DNA of 64,000 nt from Eledone cirrhosa (GCA_964016885.1 OZ024741.1:16740001-16804000); one strand, 5' to 3'; counted from the stretch's first letter, positions 38,518 to 54,716 are shown. Numbers and translations: made by a program. Notes: generated by a model not told the origin, from the letters alone.

Positions 38518-41500
38518 GAAAAGTGTGTGGGAAGAGAGTTCCAAGGGTGTGTAGGGGAGTGGTGGAGAGACATAGAAAAAAGGGGGTGAGAGCAAACGGT
38601 ACGAATGAAATTAAATATAAAAGCATAATAAAAATAAACATGAAGTAAAACAGGTGGAAGGGTGTGGGGCGTGTAGGGTGGTGGCGGGTGGAGTGGGGAG
38701 AGGGAGGCGGGGTGTCCGAGCAGGGAGGGCTGAAGGTGGTGTGTGTGTGTGTATGTGAAAGTAAGAGTTGGAGGAAGAACGGGGTTGCATGTTCAGGAAG
38801 AGGTGTGTGTGGGGTGGGGTGTAGGTCGGTCTGCGTGTGTGGATGGGGAGGGGACAGAGGGGAGAGGATTCCGGAGGCTGAGTGTGTAAATATGCGGTGG
38901 TACGCACGTGTGTGTGTGGTGTTTATGCGTGTTGTGGATGTAGGTGGCGTGTGGGAAAAAAATGTTTTTTTGTGTGTAGACTAGGTTAGAGGAGATGCAG
39001 CGGAGGGCATGCCGGACAGAGAGAGGGTGGCTGTTGGGACCCTGGAAGGTGGTGGTGTTGGTGATGTGGGGACAGGTGTTGCAACGGGGCCTGGAACAAG
39101 GAAGGGAACCGGGGGGGAAGGAGAGCGTGGGTTGGGGGGTAGGGAGCTGTGGACGAGGAGGGGAGCGGTGGTCTGGGAAGATGTGGGAAGTGGAGGGGTC
39201 GGACTGGAGGCATCGGAAGAGGCGGAGGATGGTGCGGTGGAGGGGTGGTAGGTGATGAGGAAGGGGAGACGGTGGATGTGCGGTGGCATGGGGGTGAGGG
39301 TGGCGGACAGCACGGGCGCGGGTGAGAGCGGTGTGGACGGGGGGGGGGGGGGGGGGTAACCTCTGCGGATGAAATGGCTGACTAGGGAAAGGGCCTGGGA
39401 CTCAAAGTCAGCATCTCGGCTATAGAGGCAGCGGATCCTGAGGAGTTGGGAGTAGGGAATAGAGTGTTTAGTGTGTGTAGGGTGGGAAGAGGTGAAGTCG
39501 AAGTAGGAGTGGGAGTCGGTGGGTTTGAAGAAGGCGGAGGTGACGAGGGAGTGGTGGGAAGGGTCGAAGGCGACGGAGATGTCTAAGAAGTGAATGTGGG
39601 TGGTGGAGATAGAGGTGGTGAAGTGGAGGGAGGGGTGGGAGGAACAGAAGAAGGAGAGAAAGGAGTCGAGCTGTTCTCGGGTGAGGGTCGTGGCTCCGAT
39701 ACAGTCCGGGCGTGGAGCCGGTGTACTGGGCAAAGATTTGGGCCTCAACATGGCCAACAAAAAGGTTGGCATAGTTTGGGCCCATTCTTGTACCCATGGC
39801 TACCCCCGTGACCTGTTGGTAAAACTCACCCGAGAAGGAGAAACAGTTGAGGGTGAGGACCAGCTTGGCGAGGCGATGGAGGGTGGGGTGGAGGGGATGG
39901 GGGAGTGGCGAAGGTTGAGGTAGTGTTTGAGGGCGCGTAGGCCGTCGGCGTGGGGGATGACGGTATAGAGGGACTTGATATCTAGGGTGAAGAGGAAGGG
40001 CTGTGGGCCGGGTGGGTAGGTGAAGGAGTCGAAAAGGCGCAGGGCGTGGTTGGTGTCGGAGATGTGGGAGGGGAGGGTGGTGACAAGGAGGGGCGAGGAT
40101 GGAGTCAAGAAAGGCGGATGAGTTTGGTGGGGCAGTTGCAAGCGGAGACGATGGAGCGGCCGGGTTTGTGGAGTTTGGGGAGGAAGTAGATGGTGGAGCG
40201 CGGGGGTGCGGACGATGAGGTGGGAAGCAGTGGGGGGAAGGAGGGGACAAGGTGTTGGATGGTGGAGGAAACTTGTTGGTAGAGGAGTGTGGGATCGGAG
40301 AGTAGAGGGCGGTAGAAGAGGGGGTTACGGAGCTGCGTGAGGGCTTCGGCCGTGTAGAGGTCCATGCGCCACACCACCACGGCGCCTCCCTTGTCCGCCG
40401 GTTTGATGACGATGTCATCTCGGCTACGGAGGGAGCGGAGAGCGAGGAGTTCGCCCGTGAGATGTTATTCCGTTTGGAACGGTGGCGGAAGTCGAAGCGA
40501 TTTACGGTGTTACGGCTGGCATCGACGAACGCGTCCAGGGTGCTAAATTGCCCTGGGGCCGGCGTCCAAGAAGATGGTCGTCGGCCCAGGGCGAGAAACG
40601 GGTCTGGGCGTTCGGAGCCGGTGGCGTTTGACCGAAATGTGCCTGTAGCTTCGTGCGTCGCACGAATTGCTTGACTTCCATTCGGGTGGGGAACTTGTCA
40701 CTGTGCGGGGTGTGGGGTATGAAGCAAAGGCCTCTACTAAGGAGTGAGCGCTCAGGTGCGGAGAGGGGGAGGTCAGGGGGTATGGTGACAACAAGTGGTG
40801 GAGTTTGGGTGTGTGAGGGAGGAAGGGAGGGTGTGTGAGGGTGGGGTGGAGGATGGAGATTGGGTAGGGGTGTGGGTTGAGAGTAGTGGGGATGGGTGAG
40901 ATGGGTGTGGGGGGCTCATAGAGATGGGCGGGTGGTGGTGGATGGGGTGGTTGGGAGGAGTGAGTGTAGCTTACGGGCTTTGGTGGAGGTGAGGAAAGAG
41001 AGGTTGTGGTTGAGGTTTTGGATGAAGATGAGGATGGTGTGGGCGAGGAGGGGGTGGTAGGCGGAGTTAAGGCGGAGGAGGGTGGGGGTCAGTTGGTAGT
41101 CAAGTTTGCGGATGGTGGAGCGGGAGGCGCGGATGGAGTTGCGCATTAGGAGGCGCGAGGATTGGGTGAGGATACGTTGGGTGGAGGGGGAAGCTTGGGG
41201 GAGTGTGGAAGTGTAGACGGAAGCCGAGGGGGATAAGGTGGAGGTGGAGGCAGTGGCTGAGGAAATGGATGTGGCTGGAGTGCCGGGTTTTGGCGAAGAG
41301 AAGGTAGGAGAGTTCAAGGGCCGAGGGGAGATAGCAGGGTGGGAGGAGGGGGGGTGAGGAAAAGTTTGAGGCTAGTGTGGAGTTGGTGGAGAAAAGATCT
41401 CAGGCTGAGCATGGTGGGCATGGAGTCAAAGCAGGGGGAGGGATGAGAAGGAGGGTGTGTGAAGCGGGAGTGGTGGGGGGGTGGAACGAAAGGGTGAGTG

Positions 41501-42584
41501 TGAATGATAGGCAGAGACGGCGGAGGGAAAATCAAACAGAAATAACGTAAGGTGAGTAGGGTATGCACAGGAAAATCATAGACAAAAAATCATAATCGTA
41601 AAAACACAGGCAATGATGGACAAAAAATCATAGATAGAAATAAACAAGTACCGTAAATAAATCAATCAAAGGTAATGCCAAAGAAAGGACAAACAAGTTG
41701 TGGGAAGGTGTGTGGAAAATTCAGAGAGTGGTCACGGCGGATTAGATCAGGGTTGAGCTGGTAGTCAAGGTAAGAGTTGGGGGAAGAACGGGGTTGCATG
41801 TTCAGGAAGAGGTGTGTATGGGGTGGGGTGTAGGTCGGTGTGTGTGTGTGTGTGGATGGGGAGGGGTCAGAGGCATGGGGGGAGAGGATTCCGGAGGCTG
41901 AGTGTGTAAATATGTGGTGGTATGCACGTGTGTGTGGGGTGTTTATGCGTGTTGTGGATGTAGGTGGCGTGTGGGAAAAAAAAATGTTTGAGTGTATGTC
42001 AGTGGGTGAGTCCTTAAGGTAATTCCGTAAAGGATGCGGTGGAATGCTGGGTAATATCCTTGGGATGTGGTGGATTCTAGAGATCGATGTTCAATATGTG
42101 TAATCCGTGGTTGGGTTGGTTGGTTGGAAGAGGGGATAAATATATATATATATATTATATATATATGTACCTCCCAACATAGCTTAGTTGTCAGCGACGG
42201 CGGAGGGAAAATCAAACAGAAATAACGTAAGGAGAGGAGAGTATGCACAGGAAAATCATAGACAAAAAATCATAATCGTAAAAACACAGGCAATGATGGA
42301 CAAAAAAATCATAGACAGAAATAAACAAGTACCGTAAATAAATCAATCAAAGGTAATGCCAAAGAAAGGAAAAACAAGTTGTGGGAAGGTGTGTGGAAAG
42401 TTCAGAGAGTGGTCACGGCGGATTAGATCAGGGTTGAGCTGGTAGACAAGGTATATTCCAAAGGTATGGAAGCCGTGGGAGCGTGTATTGTAATAGTAAA
42501 AAATTGCACGGGAACAAAACAGAGAGGCAGTACGAACAAAGGTTTATTAGTTTCACGCTCTTGAGAGTGGGGTGGTGGTGGGGA

Positions 42585-42616
42585 ACGACGTCTCTGGCAT
42601 AAGCCCTTCTTCAGGT
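42585..42616 (-). ncRNA. Mutated minimal hammerhead (GAAA to GAGA, stem II mismatch)
   Basis: Paralog of 38486-38517 in the other pLTR. Confidence 0.6.
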
Positions 42617-43276
42617 GAAAAGTGTGTGGGAAGAGAGTTCCAAGGGTGTGTAGGGGAGTGGTGGAGACATATAGAAAAAAGGAGGTGAGAGGAAACGGTA
42701 CAAATGAAATTAAATATAAAAGCATAATAAAAGTAAACATGAAGTAAAACAGGTGGTGGTAGGGTGTGGGGCGTGTAGGGGTGGTGGCGGGTGGAGTGGG
42801 GAGAGGGAGGTGGGATGTCCGAGCAGTGAGGGCTGAAGGTGGTGTGTGTGTGTAGGTGTACATGTGTGTGTGTGTGTGTATGTGAAAGTAAGAGTTGGGG
42901 GAAGAACGGGGTTGCATGTTCAGGAAGAGGTGTGTGTGGGGTGGGGTGTAGGTTGCTGTGTGTGTGTGCGTGGGGATGGGGAGGGGTCAGAGGGGCGGGG
43001 GGAGAGGATTCCAGAGGCTGAGTGTGTAAATATGTGGTGGTACGCACGTGTGTGATGTTTATGTGTGTTGTGGATGTAGGTGGCGTGTGGGAAAAAATTT
43101 TTTTGAGTGTATGTCAGTGGATGAGTCCTTAAGGTAGTTCCGTAGAGGATGCGGTGGAATGCTGGGTAATATCCTTGGGAAGTGGTGGATTCTAGAGATC
43201 GATGTTCAATATGTGTAATCCGTGGTTGGGTTGGTCGGAAGAGGGGATAAATATATATATATATATTATATATATA

Positions 43277-45839
43277 TGTACCTCCCAACATAGCTTAGTT
43301 GTCAGCGACCGCACGGTCAGAACTAGACGAACCTGGAAACAGAGGCCAACCTGGAGAAGAAAGATCTGGAAGCCAGTAACAGATTTAAAGATATTTTACT
43401 CAACACCTACGGCAGTAGAGAAGAACAAATAAAGACATTCAATGTAGAAGAGCACTGGGAGTTCCTAAAAAATAACTTACTAGAGGCGACAGATGAGATC
43501 TGTGGCTGGAGTAAGACCACAAGCAGGAGGAGAGTGACTTGGTGGTAGAACACTAAGGTAGATGAGGCAGTTAAGGCCAAGAGACAGGCATGGAAAGAAT
43601 GGAAGAACGGGGGGAGCAGGGTACATTACATAGAGACCAAGAGGGAAGCTAGGCGACAAGTATACTTAGCTAGGAGGGAAGCAGAGGATAGAAAATTCAA
43701 GCATGTTTTGCAACGAGAGGACCAGAAACAGGAGGTGTTCAAGATTGCGAGGCAGTGTGTCAGAGAGAGTTGTGATGTCATTGGAGAGAAGTGTATCCGG
43801 AATGATAAAGGTGAGCTTGCCCTCACAAGTGCTGAGAAGAAAGATGCATGGAAGAGTCATTATGATAGATTACTAAATGAGGAGAATGCATGGGAAGAAG
43901 AGATCCTACCCCAAATAGACCCTATAGAGGGGCCAGCAGTACAAGTCAGCAGCAACGTAGTAAGTAAGGCAATCAAAGATATGAAGATGGGGAAGGCAAC
44001 CGGTCCATCGGGTATAGCTGCCGAGATGCTGAAGGCATCTGGGTCTGTAGGTCACACTATAACCACACGTATTGTTAACCAGGTAATACTAGAAGGTGTC
44101 ATACCAAAAGATTGGTGCAGTAGCATCATTGTCAACTGCTACAAAGGTAAGGGTGATGCACACGATAGAGGAAACTATAGAGGTATAAAGCTGATGGACC
44201 AGGTCATGAAAGTAACAGAAAGAGTTATAGCACAGTTGATTAGGGACCGAGTGAAACTAGATGAGATGCAATTTGGGTTTGTACCAGGAAGAGGCACCAC
44301 TGATGCCTTCAGGAAAAGTACCTAGCTAAAAGTAAGCCACTCTACCTGGCATTCTTCGAACTCAAGAAAGCCTTTGACAGAGTACCACGTGCTGTAATCT
44401 AGTCGGCTCTTAGAAAACTAGGAGTAGATGAATGGCTTGTGAAAGCTTGTACAAGCCATGTATAGGAGAGCAGTCAGCAAAGTTAGGATTAGCAATGAGT
44501 ATAGCGAGGAATTTAGCGTACAGGTTGGTGTCCACCAGGGCTCTGTTCTTAGCCCTCTCCTGTTGATCATAGTCCTGCAGGCAATAACGGAGGAGTTTAA
44601 GACCGGATGCCCATGGTAACTCCTGTATGCTGATGACCTCTCACTTATAGCTGAATCTATGGTAGAACTAGAGAATAAATTCCAAACTTGGAAGCAGGGA
44701 CTAGAAAGAAAGGGTCTCAAACTCAACATGACAAAGACTAAGGTCCTTGTAAGTAGACGAGAAAACAGAACCCAGATCCCCTCAGGGAAATGGCCTTGCT
44801 CAGTATGTAGGAAAGGTGTAGGTAGGAACTCCATTCTCTGCCCCAAATGCAAACAATGGGTACACAAGAGATGTAGCGGGATCTCAGGAAGCTTAATTAA
44901 GAATGTAGGCTTCACATGCAGCAGCTGTACTGGGACAGCAAGCAGCAAACAGCCACAGGAAACAAGTACCACCAATCTCTGGGAGGGCCCTGTAGAAACA
45001 GTAGACAGCTTCTGCTACCTAGGTGACCGAATTAGCAGAGGAGGTGGGTGTTCAGAAAGTAAAATAACTAGGGTAAGAACGGGATGGAAGAAGTTCAGGG
45101 AACGACTGCCATTGCTATGAAATAAAATGAAAGGCAGACTCTATGATGCGTGTATCCGAACAGCAATGTTACATGGTAGTGATTAGAGAGAAATGAAGCC
45201 TGCATGCTCCGATGGATGTGTAATAGTAATATACGCAACCAACAAAGCATAAATGAATTGAGAGAGAGACTGAGCATAAGAGGAATCAAATGCTGTGTGC
45301 AGGAGAGGCGGTTGCGTTGGTATGGACATGTGATGCGTATGAAGGATGACAGCTGCATAAAAAGGTTGCAGAGCACTAGAAGTCGATGGAAACCGAGGAG
45401 TGGGGAGACCCAAGATGACCTGGGATGAGGTGATAGAAGTCGACCTTACCCCAATTACACCTCTCCAAGGTGATGACACACGACCGTGACCTCTGGCGTC
45501 ACGCAGTAATACAGAGTACCCCGACCTCCCATGGGTACAAGCTGAAGCTGAAGCATATAGACAATATGCCCACACACCCTCCCACTGCAAGGTGGTCGTG
45601 GAGGTGCCCACGGCAAAAAAAGCACCCAGCCCACACTGTAAAGTGGACGTGTAGGGCGCCACAAAAAAGCATCCCAGCATACTGTAAATGAGGTTGGTGT
45701 TAGGAAGGGCATCCAGCCGTACTAATCAAACCAAATCAGTTCCTGTATGAGCAAGGCATGGTCACAGCCGACCAAACTCTGCCCACAACAGGACAACCCG
45801 TCTAACCCATGCTAGCGTGGAAGAACGGACGTAAAACGG

Positions 45840-45872
<33 letters not shown>
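43277..45872 (+). mobile_element. RTE LINE family B, 5'-truncated and decayed
   Basis: TSQHSLVVSD (end of APE), RT motifs, PHD insert, (GAT)n tail; stops and deletions. Confidence 0.95.
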
Positions 45873-45874
<2 letters not shown>

Positions 45875-45904
45875 ATATATATATATATATAATAAATATA
45901 TATA

Positions 45905-46303
45905 GGAGGCACATGGCTTAGTGGTTAGAGCATTGGCCTTGCAATCAAAAGGTTGTGAGTTCAATTCTCAGACCGGGGTGATGTGTTGTTTCCTTGAACA
46001 AGACACTTTATTTCACATTCATTGCTCCAGTTTACTCAGCTGTAGAAATGAGATGATAGGGACCCCAGTCCCTATCATGCCACTGCAAAGTGATCGTGGA
46101 GGTGCCACGGCAAAAAAAAAGCACCCAGCACTCACTGTAAATGGGGTTGGTGTTAGGAAGGGCATCCAGCTGTAGAAATCAAGCCAGATCAGTTCCTGTA
46201 TGAGCAAGGCATGGTCAGCCGACCAGACACTGCACACAACAGGACAACCCGTCTAACCCATGCTAGCGTGGAAGAACGGACGTAAAACGGTGATGATGAT
46301 GAT
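45905..46303 (+). mobile_element. Full-length tRNA-derived SINE (family S2) with RTE-B 3' tail
   Basis: A box TGGCTTAGTGG, B box GTTCAATTC, body TCCTTGAACAAGACACTT; the last ~220 nt match the RTE-B 3' UTR. Confidence 0.9.
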
Positions 46304-47263
<960 letters not shown>

Positions 47264-47463
47264 NNNNNNNNNNNNNNNNNNNNNNNNNNNNNNNNNNNNN
47301 NNNNNNNNNNNNNNNNNNNNNNNNNNNNNNNNNNNNNNNNNNNNNNNNNNNNNNNNNNNNNNNNNNNNNNNNNNNNNNNNNNNNNNNNNNNNNNNNNNNN
47401 NNNNNNNNNNNNNNNNNNNNNNNNNNNNNNNNNNNNNNNNNNNNNNNNNNNNNNNNNNNNNNN
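47264..47463. other. Assembly gap (200 N)
   Basis: Run of N. Confidence 0.99.
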
Positions 47464-48552
47464 CCACCAGATTACTGCACGTGGAACTCCGTCAAAGGCT
47501 TTCTCAAGGTCGACAAATGCCAAGTAGAGTGGCTTACTTTTAGCTAGGTACTTTTCCTGTAATTGCCTCACAAGGAAGAGGGCATCAGTGGTGCCTTTCC
47601 CTGGTACAAACCCAAATTGCATCTCGTCTATATTCACCCGGTCCCTAATCAGCTGTGCTATAACTCTTTCTGTTACTTTCATGACCTGGTCCATCAACTT
47701 TATACCTCTATAGTTTCCTCTATCTAGTGCATCGCCTTTACCTTTGTAGCAGTTGACAATGATGCTACTGCACCAATCTTTTGGTATGGCCCCTTCTAGT
47801 ATTACCTGGTTAACGATACGTGTGGTTATAGTGTGACCTACAGACCCAGATGCCTTCAGCATCTCGGCAGCTATACCCGATGGACCGGTTGCCTTCCCTA
47901 TCTTCATATCTCTGATTGCCTTACTTACTACGCTGCCGCTGACTTGTACTGCTGGTCCCTGTATAGGGTCTACGTGGGGTAGGTTCTCTTCTTCCCATGC
48001 ATTCTCCTCATTTAGTAATCTATCATAATGACTCTTCCATGCATCTTTCTTCTCAGCACTTGTGAGGGCAAGCTCACCTTTATCATTCCGGATACACTTC
48101 TCTCCAATGACATCACAACTATCTCTGACACACTGCCTCGCAATCTTGAATACCTCCTGTTTCTGGTCCTCACGTTGTAAAACATGCTTGAATTTTCTAT
48201 CCTCTGCTTCCCTCCTAGCTAAGTATACTTGTCGCCTAGCTTCCCTCTTGGTCTCTATGTAATGTACCCTGCTCCCCCCGTTCTTCCATTCTTTCCATGC
48301 CTGTCTCTTGGCCTTGACTGCTTCATCTACCTTATTGTTCCACCACCAAGTCACTCTCCTCCTGCTTGAGGTCTTACTCCAGCCACAAACCTCATCCGTC
48401 GCCTCTAGTAAGTTATTTTTTAGGAACTCCCAGTTCTCTTCTACGTTAAATGTCTCTATCTGTTCTTCTTTACTGTCGTAGGCGTTGAGTAAAATATCTT
48501 TAAATCTGTTACTGGTTGAGGGGACTTTCAGCTTCCAGGACTTTCAGCTTCC
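47464..48552 (-). mobile_element. RTE-B internal fragment cut by the gap
   Basis: TWWWN..NYRGIKL..QFGF..FVDLEKAFD. Confidence 0.95.
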
Positions 48553-50369
<1,817 letters not shown>

Positions 50370-50450
50370 CTACCAAATCAACTTTTTAAATGGAAGTTGC
50401 ATTATTTAAAAGGTATGTCAAAAATTATTTATAAAACAGCTTATGTATTG

Positions 50451-50516
50451 TATTTTGTCTGAGGAAGTCATACCATATTTTTAATATGATATCCCTGAAA
50501 TATATATAACGAAATA
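50451..50516 (+). ncRNA. Type I hammerhead ribozyme in an AT-rich island (50370-50647)
   Basis: uauuuugu-CUGAGGA-ag..(cauauu/aauaug)..cu-GAAAU-AUAU-AUA-acgaaaua, with AAUAAA immediately 3'. Confidence 0.75.
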
Positions 50517-50829
50517 AATATGGTTTTATAAATATAGTTTCCATTTGTTTAATATCGTAAACCTACTCCAGAAACTGTTGAGTGCTTTTATATCAGTTAT
50601 AAAATATTTACTCGTTGTAACCCAACAATCTTAAATAAATCTTTTGCATATATTATATATATATATATATATATTATATATATTATTATATATATATATA
50701 TACACATATATATATATATTATATATATTATATATATATATATATTATATATATATATATATTATATATATATATATATATTATATATATATATATATAT
50801 TATATATATATATATATTATATATATATA

Positions 50830-50880
<51 letters not shown>

Positions 50881-51165
50881 TATATAAGTCAAAAGATGCT
50901 TAAAAGAGTTCCATGTATTTTATTATGTGCATATATATTATATAATATATATATTATATATATAATATATATATATATATATAATATATATATATATATA
51001 TAATATATATATATATATATAATATATATAATACATATATTATATATATAATATATATATTATATATATAATATATATAATATATATAATATATTATATA
51101 TATAATATAATATATATATTATATATATAATATAATATATATATTATATATATAATATATATATT

Positions 51166-51914
51166 AAAGAATCAAAAAGAACAGAAAGATGCAGTAAAAG
51201 AGATTTATTCGGTTCTAACGTACGTTTCAATAAACATCAATTTGCCTAGATCTCGCTGCATCTATATTATATAGTTAGTAGAGCATTCGACATCCAATGC
51301 ACAATCGATTCCATATCATCAGAGATTATGTTTACCGCACCAGAATGTTCAGGTTTTTATAGGAATTCATGTGAAGTTGAAGTAGAGAAGAAGGAGGATG
51401 TGACAAAGACGAGAGAGATAGGGGGGTTTTTCATGGTTGTTGAGGTAAAACAGAGGGGAGGATAAAATACGATAATGAAGTCTAGATATGGACTAGTCCA
51501 ACTATGTGTGTGTGCTAGAGAGATGGTAGACGTTGATAGGTTTACGATCTATGATAGATGGAGGCAAGGGAGATTATGTCGAGTGACTTGTAAAGTATGT
51601 AGGAGGAGATGTTGAATAGGGGAGATGTGGTTAATAGAAGGCATAGCAATAATCCATGGGGATAGATAGAGGAGGTAGAAGGAAGATAGAGGAAGGCAGA
51701 AGTCGCAGGATCAAATCAAGCCAGGTTTGTATTTCGAGAAGGTAGCCTTGAGTCTGTGATTGCAATATAGAGTCCTTTCCGTTCTGTTGTTGAGAAGAGT
51801 ATAACTCGATTTTAGTATGTAAAATAGCTCCATATTGCATAATCGGCAGTAAGACTGGCCTGCACGATATGCGGAAGCACTAGAGAGTTTTGTCCATTTC
51901 AAAGTGTATTCCAT
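51166..51914 (-). mobile_element. PLE 3' end (GIY-YIG C-terminus plus pLTR)
   Basis: YTLKWTKLS..CRLCNMEL..LLN..CNHR. Confidence 0.85.
51214..51325 (-). ncRNA. Type I hammerhead ribozyme with 87-nt branched domain II
   Basis: ucu-CUGAUGA-u-augga..uuuau-u-GAAAC-GUAC-GUU-aga. Confidence 0.72.
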
Positions 51915-52207
51915 ATATATATTATATATATAATATATATATATATAATATAATATATATATTATATATATAATATATATTATATATATAATATATATAT
52001 ATATATAATATAATATATATATTATATATAATATATATTTATAATATAATATATATATTATATATATATAATATAATATATATATTATATATATATATAT
52101 ATAATATATGGTATATATATATAATATATATATAATATATATATATTATATATATAATATATATATATAATATATTATATATATATAATACATATATATA
52201 TAATATA

Positions 52208-52395
52208 TTGTTTCTATTTTAGGCACAAGGCCAGCAATTACCCAGTACATTACTGGTACTTTATTTTATCGACCCCGTAAGGATGAAAGGCAAAGTTAAC
52301 CTCGGCGGGATTTGAACTCAGATCATAAAGGGACGTAACTCTATGCTTCAAAGCATGGTGTCCGACTCTCTACCGATACTGCCAATCCACCGCCC
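52208..52395 (-). mobile_element. SINE S1 copy
   Basis: Matches 548-733. Confidence 0.88.
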
Positions 52396-52396
52396 T

Positions 52397-53405
52397 TATA
52401 TATAATATATATATATATAATATATATATAATATATATATAATATATATATAATATATATATAATATATATATTATATATATATAATATATATATATATA
52501 ATATAATATATATATTATATATATAATATATATATAATATATATAATATATATATTATATATATAATATATATATTATATATATAAAATATATATATAAT
52601 ATAATATATATATTATATATATTATATATATATAATATAATATATATATAATATATATATTATATAATATATATATAATATAATTTATATATTATATATA
52701 TAATATATATTATATATATAATATAATATATATATATAATATAATATATATATAATATATATAATATATATATAATATAATATATATGATATATAATATT
52801 ATATATATATAATATCATATATACATTATATTATATATATAATATATATATAATACAATATATATAATATAATATATATATTATATATATATAATATATA
52901 TATAATACAATATATATAATATAATATATATATTATATATATAATATAATATATATATAATATATATAATATATATATAATATAATATATACATATATTA
53001 TATATATAATATATATATAATACAATATATATAATATAATATATATATTATATATATAATATAATATATATATAATATATATAATATATATAATATATAT
53101 ATAATATAATATATATAATATATATAATATAATATATATATTATATTATATATATATAATATAATATATATAATATAATATATATAATATATATATAATA
53201 TAATATATATAATATATATATAATATAATATATATAATATATATATAATATAATATATATAATATATATATAATAATATATATATTATATATATAATATA
53301 TATTATATTATATTATATATATATTATATATATTATATTATATATATATTATATATATTATATTATATATATATTATATATATTATATATATATTATATA
53401 TATTA
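52397..53405. repeat. (TA)n/(TAA) array
   Basis: Direct reading of the sequence. Confidence 0.97.
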
Positions 53406-53903
53406 AAAACCTACTACAGTCAGTAGGCATCTCTATCAAAACACACCCCCGTCCCACCACCTCCACACCGCCCCTTTCAATGTAAAGTTATGTTGGTCCC
53501 ACAACATCCAGGCCGAAACAAATGAGATCGTGTAGGTGTCACGACAAAAAACACACAGTCCACGCTGTAAATGTGGCCGTGTAGGCAACACGGTAAAAAC
53601 CTCCCAGCCCCACACTGTAAATGTGGTTGGTGTTAGGAAGGGCATCCAGCTGTAGAAAACCCGCCAAACAGTCCACGCTGTAATGTGGCCGTGTAGGCAA
53701 CACGGTAAAAACCTCCCAGCCCCACACTGTAAATGTGGTTTGTGTTAGGAAGGGCATCCAACTGTAGAAAACCCGCCAGACAGTCCTATGCGAGCAAGAC
53801 AACCACTCTTGCCTCAAGTGGGAAAACCCCCGTCCAAACCCATGCAAGCGTGGAACACGGACACTAAACCTGATGATAATGATGATGATGATGATGATGA
53901 TGA
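53406..53903 (+). mobile_element. RTE-A 3' UTR copy with a ~113-bp internal tandem duplication
   Basis: Matches 7080-7443; units 53555-53667 and 53668-53779. Confidence 0.9.
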
Positions 53904-53964
53904 TATTATATTATATAAATATATATATAATATATATATTATATATATTATATATATAATATAT

Positions 53965-54554
53965 ATCATCATCATCATCATCATCACCGTTTTACGTCCG
54001 TTCTTCCACGCTAGCATGGGTTAGACGGGTTGTCCTGTTGTGGGCAGTGTCTGGTCGGCTGACCATGCCTTGCTCATACAGGAACTGATCTGGCTTGATT
54101 TCTACAGCTGGATGCCCTTCCTAACACCAACCTCATTTACAGTGAGTGCTGGGTGCTTTTTCGTGGCGCCTACACGTCCACTTTACAGTGTGGGCTGGGT
54201 GCTTTTTTGCCGTGGCACCTCCACGACCACCTTGCGGTGGGGGGGGGGCATATTGTTTATATGCTTCAGCATGTACCCATGGGAGGTCGGGTACCCTGTA
54301 TTACTGTGTGACGCCAGAAGTCACGGTCGTGTGTCATTGACTTTGAGAGGTGTAGTTGGGTAAGGTCGGCTTTTATCACCTCATCCCAAGTCATCTTGGG
54401 TCTCCCCACTCCGCGGTTTCCATCAACTTCTAGTGCTCTGCACCTTTTTATGCAGCTGTCATCCTTCATACGCATCACATGTCCATACCAGCGTAACCGC
54501 CTCTCCTGCACGCAGCATTTGATTCCTCTTATGCTCAGTCTCTCTCTCAATTCA
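53965..54554 (-). mobile_element. RTE-B 3' fragment
   Basis: RRLRWYGHV, GRPKMTW, 3' UTR and (GAT)n tail. Confidence 0.93.
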
Positions 54555-54673
54555 TTTTATAATATATATAATATATATAATATATATAATATATATATAA
54601 TGTAATATATATATTATATATATTATATATATAATATATATAATATATATATATATAATATAATATATATATA

Positions 54674-54716
<43 letters not shown>

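Larger units (their letters stand above)
38397..43250 (-). mobile_element. Decayed Neptune-like PLE with direct pLTRs (38397-38978 and 42493-43111); endonuclease mostly deleted
   Basis: KPADKGGAVVVW, YFLPKLHKPGRSIVS, TLDIKSLYTVIPH, GVAMGTRMGPNYANLF, FLDI, KPTDSH, CSRPRCNTC linker. Confidence 0.88.

Noticed and set aside
42454-42889. Segment Z as a spliced PLE intron
   Set aside because: The GT..AG is on the antisense strand and does not reproduce the observed junction; gta microhomology explains it
45905-45975. tRNA gene
   Set aside because: It is a SINE head with A and B boxes that continues into a SINE body, with no proper acceptor stem
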